This document shows positions 1 to 9,303 of a DNA stretch of 32,000 nucleotides, in pieces. Source of the DNA: Promethearchaeum syntrophicum (GTDB taxonomy: Archaea > Asgardarchaeota > Lokiarchaeia > Sigyniarchaeales > Promethearchaeaceae); assembly GCF_008000775.2 (NCBI RefSeq), contig NZ_CP042905.2, positions 1,260,001 through 1,292,000 of the forward strand, given 5' to 3'. Numbering within the stretch: position 1 is the stretch's first letter; each line of letters begins with the position of its first letter. A model generated the notes under the pieces. It worked only from the letters and a program-made list of their open reading frames with translations, had not been told where the DNA came from and did no database searches. Made by a program: the position numbers and the translations under genes.

Positions 1-1481
1 CCTGGTAATCCACCTGCAGTTTTATCACTCTGAGAGCCAATGAACCATAGTCCTTTAATGGGAGTTTTATGAGGGGCCCCTGATTTTCCCATAATTGGAG
101 CTCTTCCCCCAAATGCATGATGAGATTGATGGGTTCGAATTCTGAAATCTGCAGGAGTCATAATTTCCTTAACTAAGATATGTTCTCGTAAGTTTGGGAT
201 CACTTTTTCTGCTTCAATTAACAATTTTTCAGAGAATTCATCTCGTCTTTCATTCCATGTTCCATGATCCAACTTATTGGGTGCAATAGTATATATAGTC
301 ATAGCAAATTTTCCTTCTGGAGCCATTTCAGGAGAATGAAGGGAAGGAACATAAATAAGAAATCCGTCTTTTCCTTCATGATATACACCCTGCCGACAAC
401 GAATCACTGCGCCTTCAACGTCGTTTGTTCCAATATAATAGCATAAGGCAGCACGTTGAAATTTACGAGGATCAAGATCAATTCCGAGATGAATCATATG
501 AACCGATTCCATTAAGGGAATATCGATAATTTTATCAACGTAAGCAGGAGGAAGTCTGTCTTTTCCAACATTGTTAAAGAAAAATTCTTTCGCCCCTCCA
601 CTTGCAAAAATTGCATCAGCAGTTATTTCATTTCCATTACGTAATCGAATACCTTGAACTCTATTTTTTTGAATAAGAAGTCGCTCTACTGGGGAATTCA
701 CATAGATTTTTCCTCCATGAGCCAGAATATACTCTTCAAATACGTGTACAAGTTTTTCCATTCCCCCGAGAATATAGTGATAACTTGGGCGTGGTCCAGC
801 AGATGTAATTTGAAGAGGTACGCGAATATCAAACGCATTTTCGTTATTAATAATCGGAAGACCTAACGCTGGAAATTCTGATGGTTTAGTTACAAAATCT
901 GCTAGAAGACCGAGAAAAACTCCTTTAATTGCATCAGTATCAAAATATTCGTTCATTATCTGTGCTGCTGACATTGATTTTTTATCCTTAACATGTTGAA
1001 ATAAGAATAACATGCGAATTTTTAACAACAGTTTTCCAATTCCAGTAGCAGTATCAATGCGGCGAGAAATCGCCATTAAATCTGATACTCTTTCTCTAAA
1101 TTGATAATATTTAATTAAACTATCCCTTTCTTCAGGAAATAACTCTATTAATTTATCTCTTCTCCAAAACTGGCCAAAATATTTTTTCGGTTTCCAAAGA
1201 TCGAACTCTGGCATAACTAAACCTCGATCTGATTGTAAAAATTGTACTTGATCATAGATCCCCAGATCAACTAAGATGTTTCCTGCTGGTTCGTCTCGAA
1301 GAAAATCTTGAACGAGCATTGGACCTAGATCCCAACTAAAACCTTCTTTAGAGAATGTCGCAGTGACTCCACCAATTTTTGGAAATTGTTCAAAAATCTT
1401 AACTTCATAACCTGCTTGAGTTAAATAAGCTCCCGCAGTTAACCCTGCCATACCAGCGCCTATTATAATTATTTTTTTCAT
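1..1481 (-). CDS. FAD-dependent oxidoreductase, phytoene desaturase (CrtI)-like family; C-terminal end runs off the window start
   Basis: Absent from the ORF track because it has no stop inside the window. Manual reverse-strand translation from ATG (1479-1481) gives MKKIIIIGAGMAGLTAGAYLTQAGYEVKIFEQFPKIGGV... (GxGxxG Rossmann motif, acidic residue, GG motif). The frame stays open to nt 3 (...IKGLWFIGSQSDKTAGGLP). Collinear and clearly paralogous to the CDS at 3180-4718 (LADFVTKPSEF vs LADFVIKPSEF; YHEGKDGFLIYVPSLHSPEMAP vs YHEGEDGFLIYIPSMHSPEMAP). Confidence 0.8.
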   Translation of the reverse strand, partial: MKKIIIIGAGMAGLTAGAYLTQAGYEVKIFEQFPKIGGVTATFSKEGFSWDLGPMLVQDFLRDEPAGNILVDLGIYDQVQFLQSDRGLVMPEFDLWKPKKYFGQFWRRDKLIELFPEERDSLIKYYQFRERVSDLMAISRRIDTATGIGKLLLKIRMLFLFQHVKDKKSMSAAQIMNEYFDTDAIKGVFLGLLADFVTKPSEFPALGLPIINNENAFDIRVPLQITSAGPRPSYHYILGGMEKLVHVFEEYILAHGGKIYVNSPVERLLIQKNRVQGIRLRNGNEITADAIFASGGAKEFFFNNVGKDRLPPAYVDKIIDIPLMESVHMIHLGIDLDPRKFQRAALCYYIGTNDVEGAVIRCRQGVYHEGKDGFLIYVPSLHSPEMAPEGKFAMTIYTIAPNKLDHGTWNERRDEFSEKLLIEAEKVIPNLREHILVKEIMTPADFRIRTHQSHHAFGGRAPIMGKSGAPHKTPIKGLWFIGSQSDKTAGGLP

Positions 1482-1613
1482 ACATCCAACTTCTATATTC
1501 TAAAAACCTATGATATTAAGGATTTTTTCCTTCTAATTGCTTATAAAATGCGATTAATACTTTAATAAACATTGGAATAGAACTAAATACTCCAAAAATG
1601 TGAAAACGCTACT

Positions 1614-1622
1614 ATTATAAAG
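1614..1622 (+). promoter_or_regulatory. TATA-like box (TATTATAAA) for the transporter/CrtI-like transcription unit
   Basis: AT-rich TATA-like element centred about 25 nt upstream of the ATG at 1643 with no Shine-Dalgarno in between. This spacing fits an archaeal promoter giving a leaderless or near-leaderless mRNA. In DNA this AT-rich the match alone is weak evidence. Confidence 0.3.
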
Positions 1623-1642
1623 CTCAAAACAGAAGATAGTGT

Positions 1643-3112
1643 ATGAGTGATGTACAGATTGAAAATAAAAATGATTTGAAATTTGACTATTCACGCTGGA
1701 CCCATATAAGTTTTGGTGCTCGTGACTTGTTTAGCCAATGGCATACAGCAGCTTTCGGAGCGTATACTATTTTCTTTTATGAATCAGTTATCGGATTATC
1801 GGGAGGATATGCTATTGCTGCCTTTTTGATCTTTGCGATTTGGAATGCAATTAACGACCCATTGATGGGTTATTTAATGGAAAAATTCATCATGCCTTGG
1901 GAAAAGAAATGGGGATTTCGAAGATTTCCATGGATAATAATCGGAAGTGTGGCATTTATCTTTTCTTATTTGATAATTTTTCTAGTACCTTCAGGATGGT
2001 TTGGAACCGAAGCATTAGTTGAAGCGAATAAATGGAAATTATTTGCATGGTATGTAATCAGCTTATTGATATATGATACCACCTTTACCATATTTGATAT
2101 AAACGCTCAATCACTCTTTCCTGAAAAGTTCCCAAAAGCTTATGAACGTCGTGTAGTTACTGGATGGGGAACCTTCTTAGGAATTCTTGGATTGGTTATG
2201 GCATTTGTGTTAACGGGCCTCATTGTTGATCAAAATTTTCCCGAAACTTATCGAACTGGTGCCTTATTTACATTTGGATTCGCATTCTTGTTCTTAATCC
2301 TTTTTCTCCCAGGAGTGTTTGAAAATAAAAAAATGCGAGAGAGGTACAAACGCAGAGAAGGAGTTAAAGGTCAAGCAGACGAACCATTTTTTAAAGTTGC
2401 AAAAGATATTCTAACTGATCGAACAATGTCCATGAAAATTTTGTTCTATTTCGGATATCAAGCAGCAGTGGCGCTCATTAATGCTTCAGCCCTTTATATT
2501 GTAACCTATATTTTGGATGATCCCGAAAATGAATCATTTATATTTATCATGGGAGGAATGTTGGCAGGAGCCCTTATCTCAACCCCGCTTTGGGTAATTA
2601 TTTCCCAACGAGTAAATAATAATAAAAAAATGTGCATCATTGCCGGTTTTTTGATGTTTGCAACGTTTATCCCTATGATCTTTATAAATGGTCTTATTCC
2701 ATGGGTAATCTGTATTTTTCTCTTCGGGATCAGTTTAGGAGGGCAGTGGTTTATAAACCCTCCCACAATGGGAGATGTATTAGATTCAGTAGCAGTCAAA
2801 ACTGGGAAAAGGGAACAATCCTTATACTACGGATTTCAAACATTCGTAATTCGCTTCGGTGAAGCCTTCAAGGCTTTTGTTATTGCAATTGCACATTTAG
2901 CTACTGGTTTTATAGAAGGTAATCCTACTTTAGAGGATATGACTAATAGTGTTGAAAATATTGATTTAGTGTTGTTCGGGATTAGAATTCACACAGCAAT
3001 AGTACCTGCGCTTTTAGTATTGGTTTGTACTCTGCTATTTTGGAAATATTATGATCTAACTCCAAATAAAGTTGAGGCTAATCGTTTAAAACTTGATGAA
3101 ATGGGAATTTAA
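1643..3112 (+). CDS. MFS transporter of the glycoside-pentoside-hexuronide (GPH / MFS_2) family
   Basis: 489-aa ORF made of many hydrophobic helices. The N-terminal segment LIFAIWNAINDPLMGYLMEKF matches the conserved W-D/N-A-I-N-D-P-x-M-G region that I recall from MelB-type GPH symporters. Confidence 0.8.
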   Translation: MSDVQIENKNDLKFDYSRWTHISFGARDLFSQWHTAAFGAYTIFFYESVIGLSGGYAIAAFLIFAIWNAINDPLMGYLMEKFIMPWEKKWGFRRFPWIIIGSVAFIFSYLIIFLVPSGWFGTEALVEANKWKLFAWYVISLLIYDTTFTIFDINAQSLFPEKFPKAYERRVVTGWGTFLGILGLVMAFVLTGLIVDQNFPETYRTGALFTFGFAFLFLILFLPGVFENKKMRERYKRREGVKGQADEPFFKVAKDILTDRTMSMKILFYFGYQAAVALINASALYIVTYILDDPENESFIFIMGGMLAGALISTPLWVIISQRVNNNKKMCIIAGFLMFATFIPMIFINGLIPWVICIFLFGISLGGQWFINPPTMGDVLDSVAVKTGKREQSLYYGFQTFVIRFGEAFKAFVIAIAHLATGFIEGNPTLEDMTNSVENIDLVLFGIRIHTAIVPALLVLVCTLLFWKYYDLTPNKVEANRLKLDEMGI

Positions 3113-3122
3113 TCAGTTTGAA

Positions 3123-3144
3123 TTTTTTTTATTCCTTTTTTTTT
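3123..3144 (+). terminator. Two oligo-T tracts (T8, T9) directly after the transporter stop codon
   Basis: Sequence aaTTTTTTTTattccTTTTTTTTTg begins 11 nt after the stop at 3110-3112. Archaeal terminators are oligo-T runs. It is followed at once by AGGAG (3163-3167) and the next ATG (3180), so it may act only as a partial intercistronic terminator. Confidence 0.3.
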
Positions 3145-3179
3145 GTAAGATTTTTAAACCTAAGGAGAAAATTTTTAGT

Positions 3180-4718
3180 ATGAGTCGAATTTCAATAATC
3201 GGAGCCGGAATAGCGGGTTTAACAGTGGGAGCATTTCTCGCACATAATGGTCATCATGTTCAAATTTTCGAGCAATATTCTGATATTGGGGGGGTTGCGG
3301 CCACAATTGAACAGGATGGATATAAATGGGATATTGGACCATTAATTTTAGAAGGATTAGGACCTAATGAACCAATAAGAAATATTTTAGAAGAATTGAA
3401 TCTAATGAAGCATCTACGGATTATTAATGAAGATCGGGGATTAAGCACACCAGATTTTACTTTTTGGCGACCTAAGAAATATAAAGGCTTGTATTGGAGA
3501 CGTGAAATGTTAAAAAAACTCTTTCCTGAAGAAAATGTCAATTTAGATAGGTATTACAAATTTTATCTTCGAATGATAAAATTAACAACATTATTCAAAC
3601 AATCAGATCAAGCACAAGGAATTAAGAAATTATTATTGAAAATTCAACTATTAATTACAGCCTTACCTATTAAAAAAATGCAAGAATGGAATGCAACTCA
3701 ATTATTGGATCATTTCTTTTCAAATAAAAAAATAAAAGGATTGCTCGCAGGAATTCTTGCAGATTTTGTTATTAAACCCAGCGAGTTTCAAGGTGTGGGT
3801 ATACCTATGGTGAATATTGAAACAGCGTTTGACAAGAGAATCCCTATCAAAATAGACGACCATACTATTCAACCTCAATATAATTACATTTTAGGAGGAT
3901 GTGGAGAAATGGTAAAACTTCTAGCAAATTTTATTGAAAGTCATGAGGGAACAATTAAAATTCAATCCAAAGTTCAAAAAATTCTTATCGAAAATAATCA
4001 AGCAATCGGTATAGAGATGGAAAATGGAGAACAAATCTTCTCAGATATTGTTCTTGCAACTAGTGATATCCAGTCTACATTTTACGAATTAATTGGTAAG
4101 GAGCAAATCTCTTTTAAAACGCAACAATATATAGATAATTTAAAATATATGGAATCAGTTTTGATGGTGCACATCGGTATTGATTTTGATCCTAGCCCTT
4201 ATCAACCAGCAGCTCTCTGTTATTACTACGGAACCTACGATATTGAAAATGCAGTAGAAAAAATAAATAATGGAATTTATCATGAAGGAGAAGATGGATT
4301 TTTAATTTACATTCCCTCGATGCATTCACCAGAAATGGCCCCTGCCAATCATCATGCGGTTACAGTCTATACAGTTGGTCCAAACCATATAAAGGATGGA
4401 GATTGGCAGACTCAACGTGAAGAGCTAGCTGACAAATTGCTTGAATATGCAGAATTAAAGATACCAGGGTTGCGAGAACATACAAAAACTCGATTAATTA
4501 TGACACCTGAAGATTTTCGTCACCGCATCATGGTAAAGCATCATAGTTTCGGAGGAATTCCCCCAATTATTGGACAAAAAGGGTTTGATTATCAAACTTC
4601 AATAAAGAATTTGTACTATGCAGGATGTCAGAGTGAAAGTGCTGGTGGCATTGCACATACAATGCGAGGTGGAAAAACTGTAGCGCAACTTATCATAAAA
4701 AGCTTGGAAAATATTTAG
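3180..4718 (+). CDS. FAD-dependent oxidoreductase, phytoene desaturase (CrtI)-like family (paralogue of 1-1481)
   Basis: The track ORF starts at 3093, but I prefer ATG 3180. This places MSRISIIGAGIAGLTVGAFLAHNGHHVQIFEQYSDIGGV (GxGxxG) at the very N-terminus as in the paralogue, and AGGAG lies 13 nt upstream. The C-terminal ...YYAGCQSESAGGIAHTMRGG is typical of the family's FAD-binding end. Confidence 0.85.
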   Translation: MSRISIIGAGIAGLTVGAFLAHNGHHVQIFEQYSDIGGVAATIEQDGYKWDIGPLILEGLGPNEPIRNILEELNLMKHLRIINEDRGLSTPDFTFWRPKKYKGLYWRREMLKKLFPEENVNLDRYYKFYLRMIKLTTLFKQSDQAQGIKKLLLKIQLLITALPIKKMQEWNATQLLDHFFSNKKIKGLLAGILADFVIKPSEFQGVGIPMVNIETAFDKRIPIKIDDHTIQPQYNYILGGCGEMVKLLANFIESHEGTIKIQSKVQKILIENNQAIGIEMENGEQIFSDIVLATSDIQSTFYELIGKEQISFKTQQYIDNLKYMESVLMVHIGIDFDPSPYQPAALCYYYGTYDIENAVEKINNGIYHEGEDGFLIYIPSMHSPEMAPANHHAVTVYTVGPNHIKDGDWQTQREELADKLLEYAELKIPGLREHTKTRLIMTPEDFRHRIMVKHHSFGGIPPIIGQKGFDYQTSIKNLYYAGCQSESAGGIAHTMRGGKTVAQLIIKSLENI

Positions 4719-5025
4719 CTGGATAAAAAAAAAAATGTGAAAACCTGCTTGAATTAAAATGAAGAACAAAGATTTTTGAGATTTTCAATAGTATTAAGCT
4801 CCAATTCTTTTACTTCTGTTATTAAAAAGTCTTTTTTTTGATCTTTGGGGGATTTTCTAAAATGATTGTTTTCATTTTTTTCAAGTTCCTTTTTCTGTTA
4901 AATATATTGTAGTAGATTGATATTATAAAAGAAATGAAGGTATCATATAAGAATGGAGAAATAGAATTAGAAATGGATAAAATTCAATTAAGGATTAATA
5001 AATGATTAATTGATATCCATCTATT

Positions 5026-5307
5026 TTAATACAGTTTTATTTTTTCGTTTGGAGTTAATACCAAAAGATCGGGCCCTATTCGACCAATAGAACCACCGAA
5101 ATTCATACATATTTTTTTTAATTGATCTATCATTTGCTTAAGTTTAATAACCTCATCTTGGTATTGTTCAAAAAAATTATTAGTTCTTAAGAATATAATC
5201 TGCCCGTTCTTTAATTCAGATTCAATTTGTTGTAGATCTTTCTGATCTGTCAACTGTCGTTGCGAAATATAAATACGACTTTGCGAATTGTTTACACTTG
5301 TTACCAT
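5026..5307 (-). CDS. sepF: Cell division protein SepF-like (archaeal type, short form)
   Basis: 93-aa ORF. The pattern IYISQRQLTDQKDLQQIESELKNGQIIFLRTNN...DEVIKLKQMIDQLKKICMNFGGSIGRIGPDLLVLTPNEKIKL follows the SepF core layout: beta strand, 'ikeelr.Gn.vilnl', helix, 'gGdi.rig.d.fl.tP'. It is collinear with haloarchaeal SepF as I remember it. Confidence 0.65.
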   Translation of the reverse strand: MVTSVNNSQSRIYISQRQLTDQKDLQQIESELKNGQIIFLRTNNFFEQYQDEVIKLKQMIDQLKKICMNFGGSIGRIGPDLLVLTPNEKIKLY

Positions 5308-5480
5308 TTAACACACACCCATATTCTCTAATATCTTGAATTTGAATATTTCTTAAAAATTGAGTTGATATCTAATTATCACCTCGATCATACATAGATC
5401 ACACAGATCATATTTTTTGGTATCAATAAAATATACTTATGTATAAGCATTAATTAAAAAGAATACATATTGCATTAAGG

Positions 5481-5489
5481 ATATAAAAA
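5481..5489 (+). promoter_or_regulatory. TATA-like box (ATATAAAAA) upstream of the metallophosphoesterase gene
   Basis: Centred about 29 nt upstream of ATG 5514 in the 206-nt divergent intergenic region shared with sepF. No clear SD. Confidence 0.3.
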
Positions 5490-5513
5490 CAAAACATATA
5501 ATAACTCAAGAAG

Positions 5514-6293
5514 ATGGCAAATTTCGGTAAAATTTTAATTATTTCTGATGTTCACGCAAAAATTAAAGAGATGGTTGATTTTATAAATTTTTTAATTATT
5601 GAACAAAAGGAAAATATCGATTTTGCGGTTCATTTGGGTGATTTTTGGTCTGGTAGAAATTATGATCCAACAAAAGGAACTCAAATACGAGACGAATGGA
5701 CTGACTTAGCTTATTTCGAAAAATTACCAATCCCAATTTTTCATCTCAAAGGAAATGAAGATCTACCTGTTACCGAATCATATTGGCGAGCTCCTAATAT
5801 ATGGTTAATGGAAGAACAAAAACCATTCCTCATGAATAGCTACAAAGTTTTACCTATTGACTATCATTATCCTGGAGAAGAAAGCGATGAAAATCCTCTT
5901 TATTCTTATGATTCATCAGAACATATAGATTTTATTTTTTCTCATAGACCTGGATTGAATCTTTTAGATGATACTCTGCATTATGAAACTCATAAAAGAT
6001 TGACTCAAACGGGTTCAATTATGGTGAAAAAACATTTCGAATCTATCAAACCTAGTTTATTATTATTTGGTCATTTCCATTTTTCTAACTATATTCAAAC
6101 AGAAAATGGATTGATTGTTTGTATTGATAAATTGATAAGGTTGGGTGGAAAGGATCAGAAAGAATTCAAATATTCATATGCATTAATCGATCCTTTTGAT
6201 AATTCTTTAGATGTATATTGGAAAAATAAATTGTATTTTCATTATTCAATAATGGAACGAAAATTAACACAACATTTCAAAAAAAGAAGATAA
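5514..6293 (+). CDS. Metallophosphoesterase (calcineurin-like phosphoesterase family)
   Basis: Ordered family motifs are present: ILIISDVHA (DxH), VHLGDFW (GD), LKGNEDL (GNE[D/H]), FIFSHRP (H) and LLFGHFHF (GHxH). Confidence 0.75.
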   Translation: MANFGKILIISDVHAKIKEMVDFINFLIIEQKENIDFAVHLGDFWSGRNYDPTKGTQIRDEWTDLAYFEKLPIPIFHLKGNEDLPVTESYWRAPNIWLMEEQKPFLMNSYKVLPIDYHYPGEESDENPLYSYDSSEHIDFIFSHRPGLNLLDDTLHYETHKRLTQTGSIMVKKHFESIKPSLLLFGHFHFSNYIQTENGLIVCIDKLIRLGGKDQKEFKYSYALIDPFDNSLDVYWKNKLYFHYSIMERKLTQHFKKRR

Positions 6294-6306
6294 AAAACCT
6301 TTCATT

Positions 6307-9303
6307 TTAAAATGTACTTCTCAATACATCAATAATACTCATTTTCTCAACTCTCCTGGTTATAATTATCATCCCAATAACACTAATCCCAATTGAAATA
6401 AGATAAGTCGATAATAATGTTCCCACGTTAATAGCTGATACAATTGGAACTTCGGTTAGTGTGCTTACGTTAATTTGCAAGAGATAAGCTATAAACCATC
6501 CTACTATTGCCCCTAAAGTTCCAGAAGACATCATTACAGTGAAGCTTTCTGCCATTAACATATATCGTACGTCTATTGGTTTTAAACCCATGGCCCGGAG
6601 GATACCTATCTCAAACATCCTTTCCAAAAGTGTGCTGTACATAGATGTTAATAATCCAAATAAACTAACCAGTACACTAAAGAAAAGAATTACTTCCATG
6701 ACGATTGATGATGTTTGGTTCATATCCTGAATTAATGTAATTTTTGAAACTGCATCATCAATAATAAAGCTGTAATCGTCTTCAAAATAATTTTCTAAAT
6801 ATGATTTCATTTCAACAACATTTTCATAAGAGTTATCGACTAAATTTATTAAAATTTTATCAATACCAGATTCGGGTTCATTTGGTGCTCCCCAATTCAT
6901 AATTTTTGAGTAGTCTTCCATATTTAATAAAACTCCAGGACCTAAAAAAAGACTTAATTCTGAACTTTTAAAGGAATTCATTCCGGGAAGTCCTGTTGAA
7001 ACCCCAACAACCGTTAAAACACTTATATTCATAACTTGATCTATATTATTGTAATTTGGATCATTAGGATTTGATTCTATTGCGGGATCAAATGTGCTAA
7101 GTCGAATTTCCGCTGGTAATTCATACACTCCTAAATTATCAGCAAGAACTTTAGATATTATACATGAATTTTCGGTATTTAGCATTGTTTCAATAGATTC
7201 ATCTGAACTCTCTGTTTCACTATCCCATAATAACATATTTCGATCTACTACATCATAGTAGTTCTCATCAATAGCTAATAAGCTACACATAAAGTTCTGA
7301 TAATCACCCATATCTCCTGCAAATGTCCCAAGCTTAGGGATTGTACCAAATAAAGCATCGAAATCAAATGCGCCTATCCCCTCCTCTCCAGCTCTAAAGA
7401 TCATGGAAAAAATTTTTGTGATATCAAACGAGTTCATCATCATCCCACTAGTTGTTTTAATCCCGGGAATCTGTTCCAAATCTTCTAATAATTTAAAATC
7501 TACAACGTTTTCCGCTTCAAAATTTCCTGTATTACTAATAATTAAATCAGATCCATATTGAAATTGGAAATAAACTGCGCTATTTGCAGAATCCATTGCA
7601 AGTACAGAAGATATGAAGAATATAAAAGAAAATGTTAGAGCAAACATCACAATATTTCCATAATTTCTTCTTCTGTATCTGTACAGATTTATTTTATAGA
7701 TTGAATAATATTTCTTAATAAACGGTCTTAGAAGTTGAGAGATTATAGCCTCAAATACGGGCACTAATCCAATAGATATAAAAACCAAACCCATTAAGAC
7801 TGCTAAAAGTAACCCGACTAATACATAATTTGTAATATTTGTTCCGCTACCTCCTGATAACAGTCGAGGAAGAACGAGAAATATAAAAGCTCCAACAATA
7901 CCTAATGCAATTCCAATTAAAATTACTTTGACGTTCGCTGAACCTTCTTTTTTCAATTTATATTCTTCAACACTTGTTCTTCGTGCAGGATCTATTGCAT
8001 TTGAAATTATTACTTTTCCAGCATGTCTCGCAGGAATTATGGATATAACCGTTGTTATAATTATCCCAATTAAGAAAGAGCGTAGTATAGTTTCTGGTAG
8101 TATAATAAATTTAATTGTAAAATATCCCGTATCGATAATTTCTAGATCATTAAAAAGTAAATTCAATAATGGAGGACCCGCAAAAGCAGCAATTAGCGTT
8201 CCAATAACAGTTCCAACCACCGCCATTATGAACCCTGAGACTAACACCATTTTAAAAGTAAATAATTTCTTAGCACCTAAAACACGTAGAACTCCAAATT
8301 CACGTATTCTTTCTTCTACTGATGCAGAAAGAATTGAATTTATCAATATTCCTGTAATTAACATGCTGAAAAAAGTAATAAATGAGAACGTCATGTCCAT
8401 CATCATAGTCTGAAGGTCATTTTGAGCCATTTGGTCCATTTTTGGCAAAGATACTAAATAATCAAAGCCGACTTCAATCTGGATTTTTTCTGCAATTTCA
8501 CGAAGATTTTGTAAAGTTTTTGTATTATCTCTAGTGTCATATACTAACTCTTGATTTTTAAGAGTTGCATGAACATAATTTACTTTTCCTTCCTGTTTAA
8601 AAATATGTTGGGCATCGGGAAGTTCAAAAAGAATTATTGAGCTTTGTGTACGAGGAAATCTTAGATCTTGGTCTACAATTGTTTGAACATAATATTGTTG
8701 TTTACTAGAAGCAAATTGAATTGTGATATAATCTCCCATTCGAATATGGAAAAGCTTTGCTGCTCCTCTTGTGAGAACCACGTTTCCAGATTGAATAGGT
8801 CCTTGAAAAATTTCTTCAGATCTTTCATATTCTTCATTATCTTTACAAATCCAAAGATTCCCCATTTTTCCCGAATTTTGTTCCAATGTGGTTTTTATCC
8901 CATATGTGAATAAATTCTTAGTCACCGTAAGATTGTCAAGGGTTGGATCCGGAAAAGAAGCAGCTGTGATGTACATTATCCGTGGATAAAAATTATCTAT
9001 TTCATCAATATTTTTAAGTCTCTCTTCTATTATGTTTTCAGGAAAGTAAGGATCAAAATTTAAATCAGTTTGGCTTGAAATTTTACTAAATTGAATGTCT
9101 GATGAGCCTGACTCTATAGTGGCTTGATCTAAATAACTGAATGCTAATGAGTCAGCAAGACATCCAATCATTGTTAATAAGAAAAGACTAATAGTAATAC
9201 CTGCAATTCCAAAAATAGTTTTTACTCTATCTCGACTCAGATCTTGGAGTGCATAATTAAAAACACTAATACCTTTGTTTCCTTTTTTTCTTTGAAATTT
9301 CAT
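6307..9303 (-). CDS. ABC transporter permease, FtsX/MacB-like, tandem double-FtsX architecture (permease 2)
   Basis: 998 aa. Two FtsX-type modules (SVEERIREFGVLRVLGAKK and LLERMFEIGILRAMGLKPIDV), each followed by hydrophobic helices. Two long non-hydrophobic stretches follow TM helices and are probable ectodomains. Paralogous to 18258-21134. The ATG overlaps the upstream stop (ATGA at 9300-9303). Confidence 0.85.
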   Translation of the reverse strand: MKFQRKKGNKGISVFNYALQDLSRDRVKTIFGIAGITISLFLLTMIGCLADSLAFSYLDQATIESGSSDIQFSKISSQTDLNFDPYFPENIIEERLKNIDEIDNFYPRIMYITAASFPDPTLDNLTVTKNLFTYGIKTTLEQNSGKMGNLWICKDNEEYERSEEIFQGPIQSGNVVLTRGAAKLFHIRMGDYITIQFASSKQQYYVQTIVDQDLRFPRTQSSIILFELPDAQHIFKQEGKVNYVHATLKNQELVYDTRDNTKTLQNLREIAEKIQIEVGFDYLVSLPKMDQMAQNDLQTMMMDMTFSFITFFSMLITGILINSILSASVEERIREFGVLRVLGAKKLFTFKMVLVSGFIMAVVGTVIGTLIAAFAGPPLLNLLFNDLEIIDTGYFTIKFIILPETILRSFLIGIIITTVISIIPARHAGKVIISNAIDPARRTSVEEYKLKKEGSANVKVILIGIALGIVGAFIFLVLPRLLSGGSGTNITNYVLVGLLLAVLMGLVFISIGLVPVFEAIISQLLRPFIKKYYSIYKINLYRYRRRNYGNIVMFALTFSFIFFISSVLAMDSANSAVYFQFQYGSDLIISNTGNFEAENVVDFKLLEDLEQIPGIKTTSGMMMNSFDITKIFSMIFRAGEEGIGAFDFDALFGTIPKLGTFAGDMGDYQNFMCSLLAIDENYYDVVDRNMLLWDSETESSDESIETMLNTENSCIISKVLADNLGVYELPAEIRLSTFDPAIESNPNDPNYNNIDQVMNISVLTVVGVSTGLPGMNSFKSSELSLFLGPGVLLNMEDYSKIMNWGAPNEPESGIDKILINLVDNSYENVVEMKSYLENYFEDDYSFIIDDAVSKITLIQDMNQTSSIVMEVILFFSVLVSLFGLLTSMYSTLLERMFEIGILRAMGLKPIDVRYMLMAESFTVMMSSGTLGAIVGWFIAYLLQINVSTLTEVPIVSAINVGTLLSTYLISIGISVIGMIIITRRVEKMSIIDVLRSTF

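Noticed and set aside
264-866. Plus-strand track ORFs 264-446 and 654-866
   Set aside because: Both lie antisense inside the much longer, family-recognisable minus-strand CrtI-like CDS (1-1481) that the track omitted because it has no in-window stop. Their sequences are low-complexity and non-homologous-looking.
3093-3179. Upstream extension of the CrtI-like ORF (track start 3093, MMKWEFNQFEFFLFLFFCKIF...)
   Set aside because: The extension is translated from the oligo-T terminator-like tract and overlaps the transporter stop. ATG 3180 has an AGGAG SD and places the GxGxxG motif at the N-terminus as in the paralogue.
4754-4875. Small minus-strand ORF (MKTIILENPPKIKKKTF*) that would extend to ~41 aa (…DFLITEVKELELNTIENLKNLCSSF*) if the A8 run (T8 on plus, 4832-4839) were one base longer
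   Set aside because: Too short, no recognisable motif, and the frameshift idea depends on an assumed homopolymer error. It is only worth revisiting if raw reads or orthologous small ORFs downstream of sepF support it.
4934-5005. 23-codon plus-strand ORF (MKVSYKNGEIELEMDKIQLRINK*) right after a TATTATAAAA element
   Set aside because: Very short, no SD or conservation evidence available, and such ORFs arise easily by chance in AT-rich spacers.
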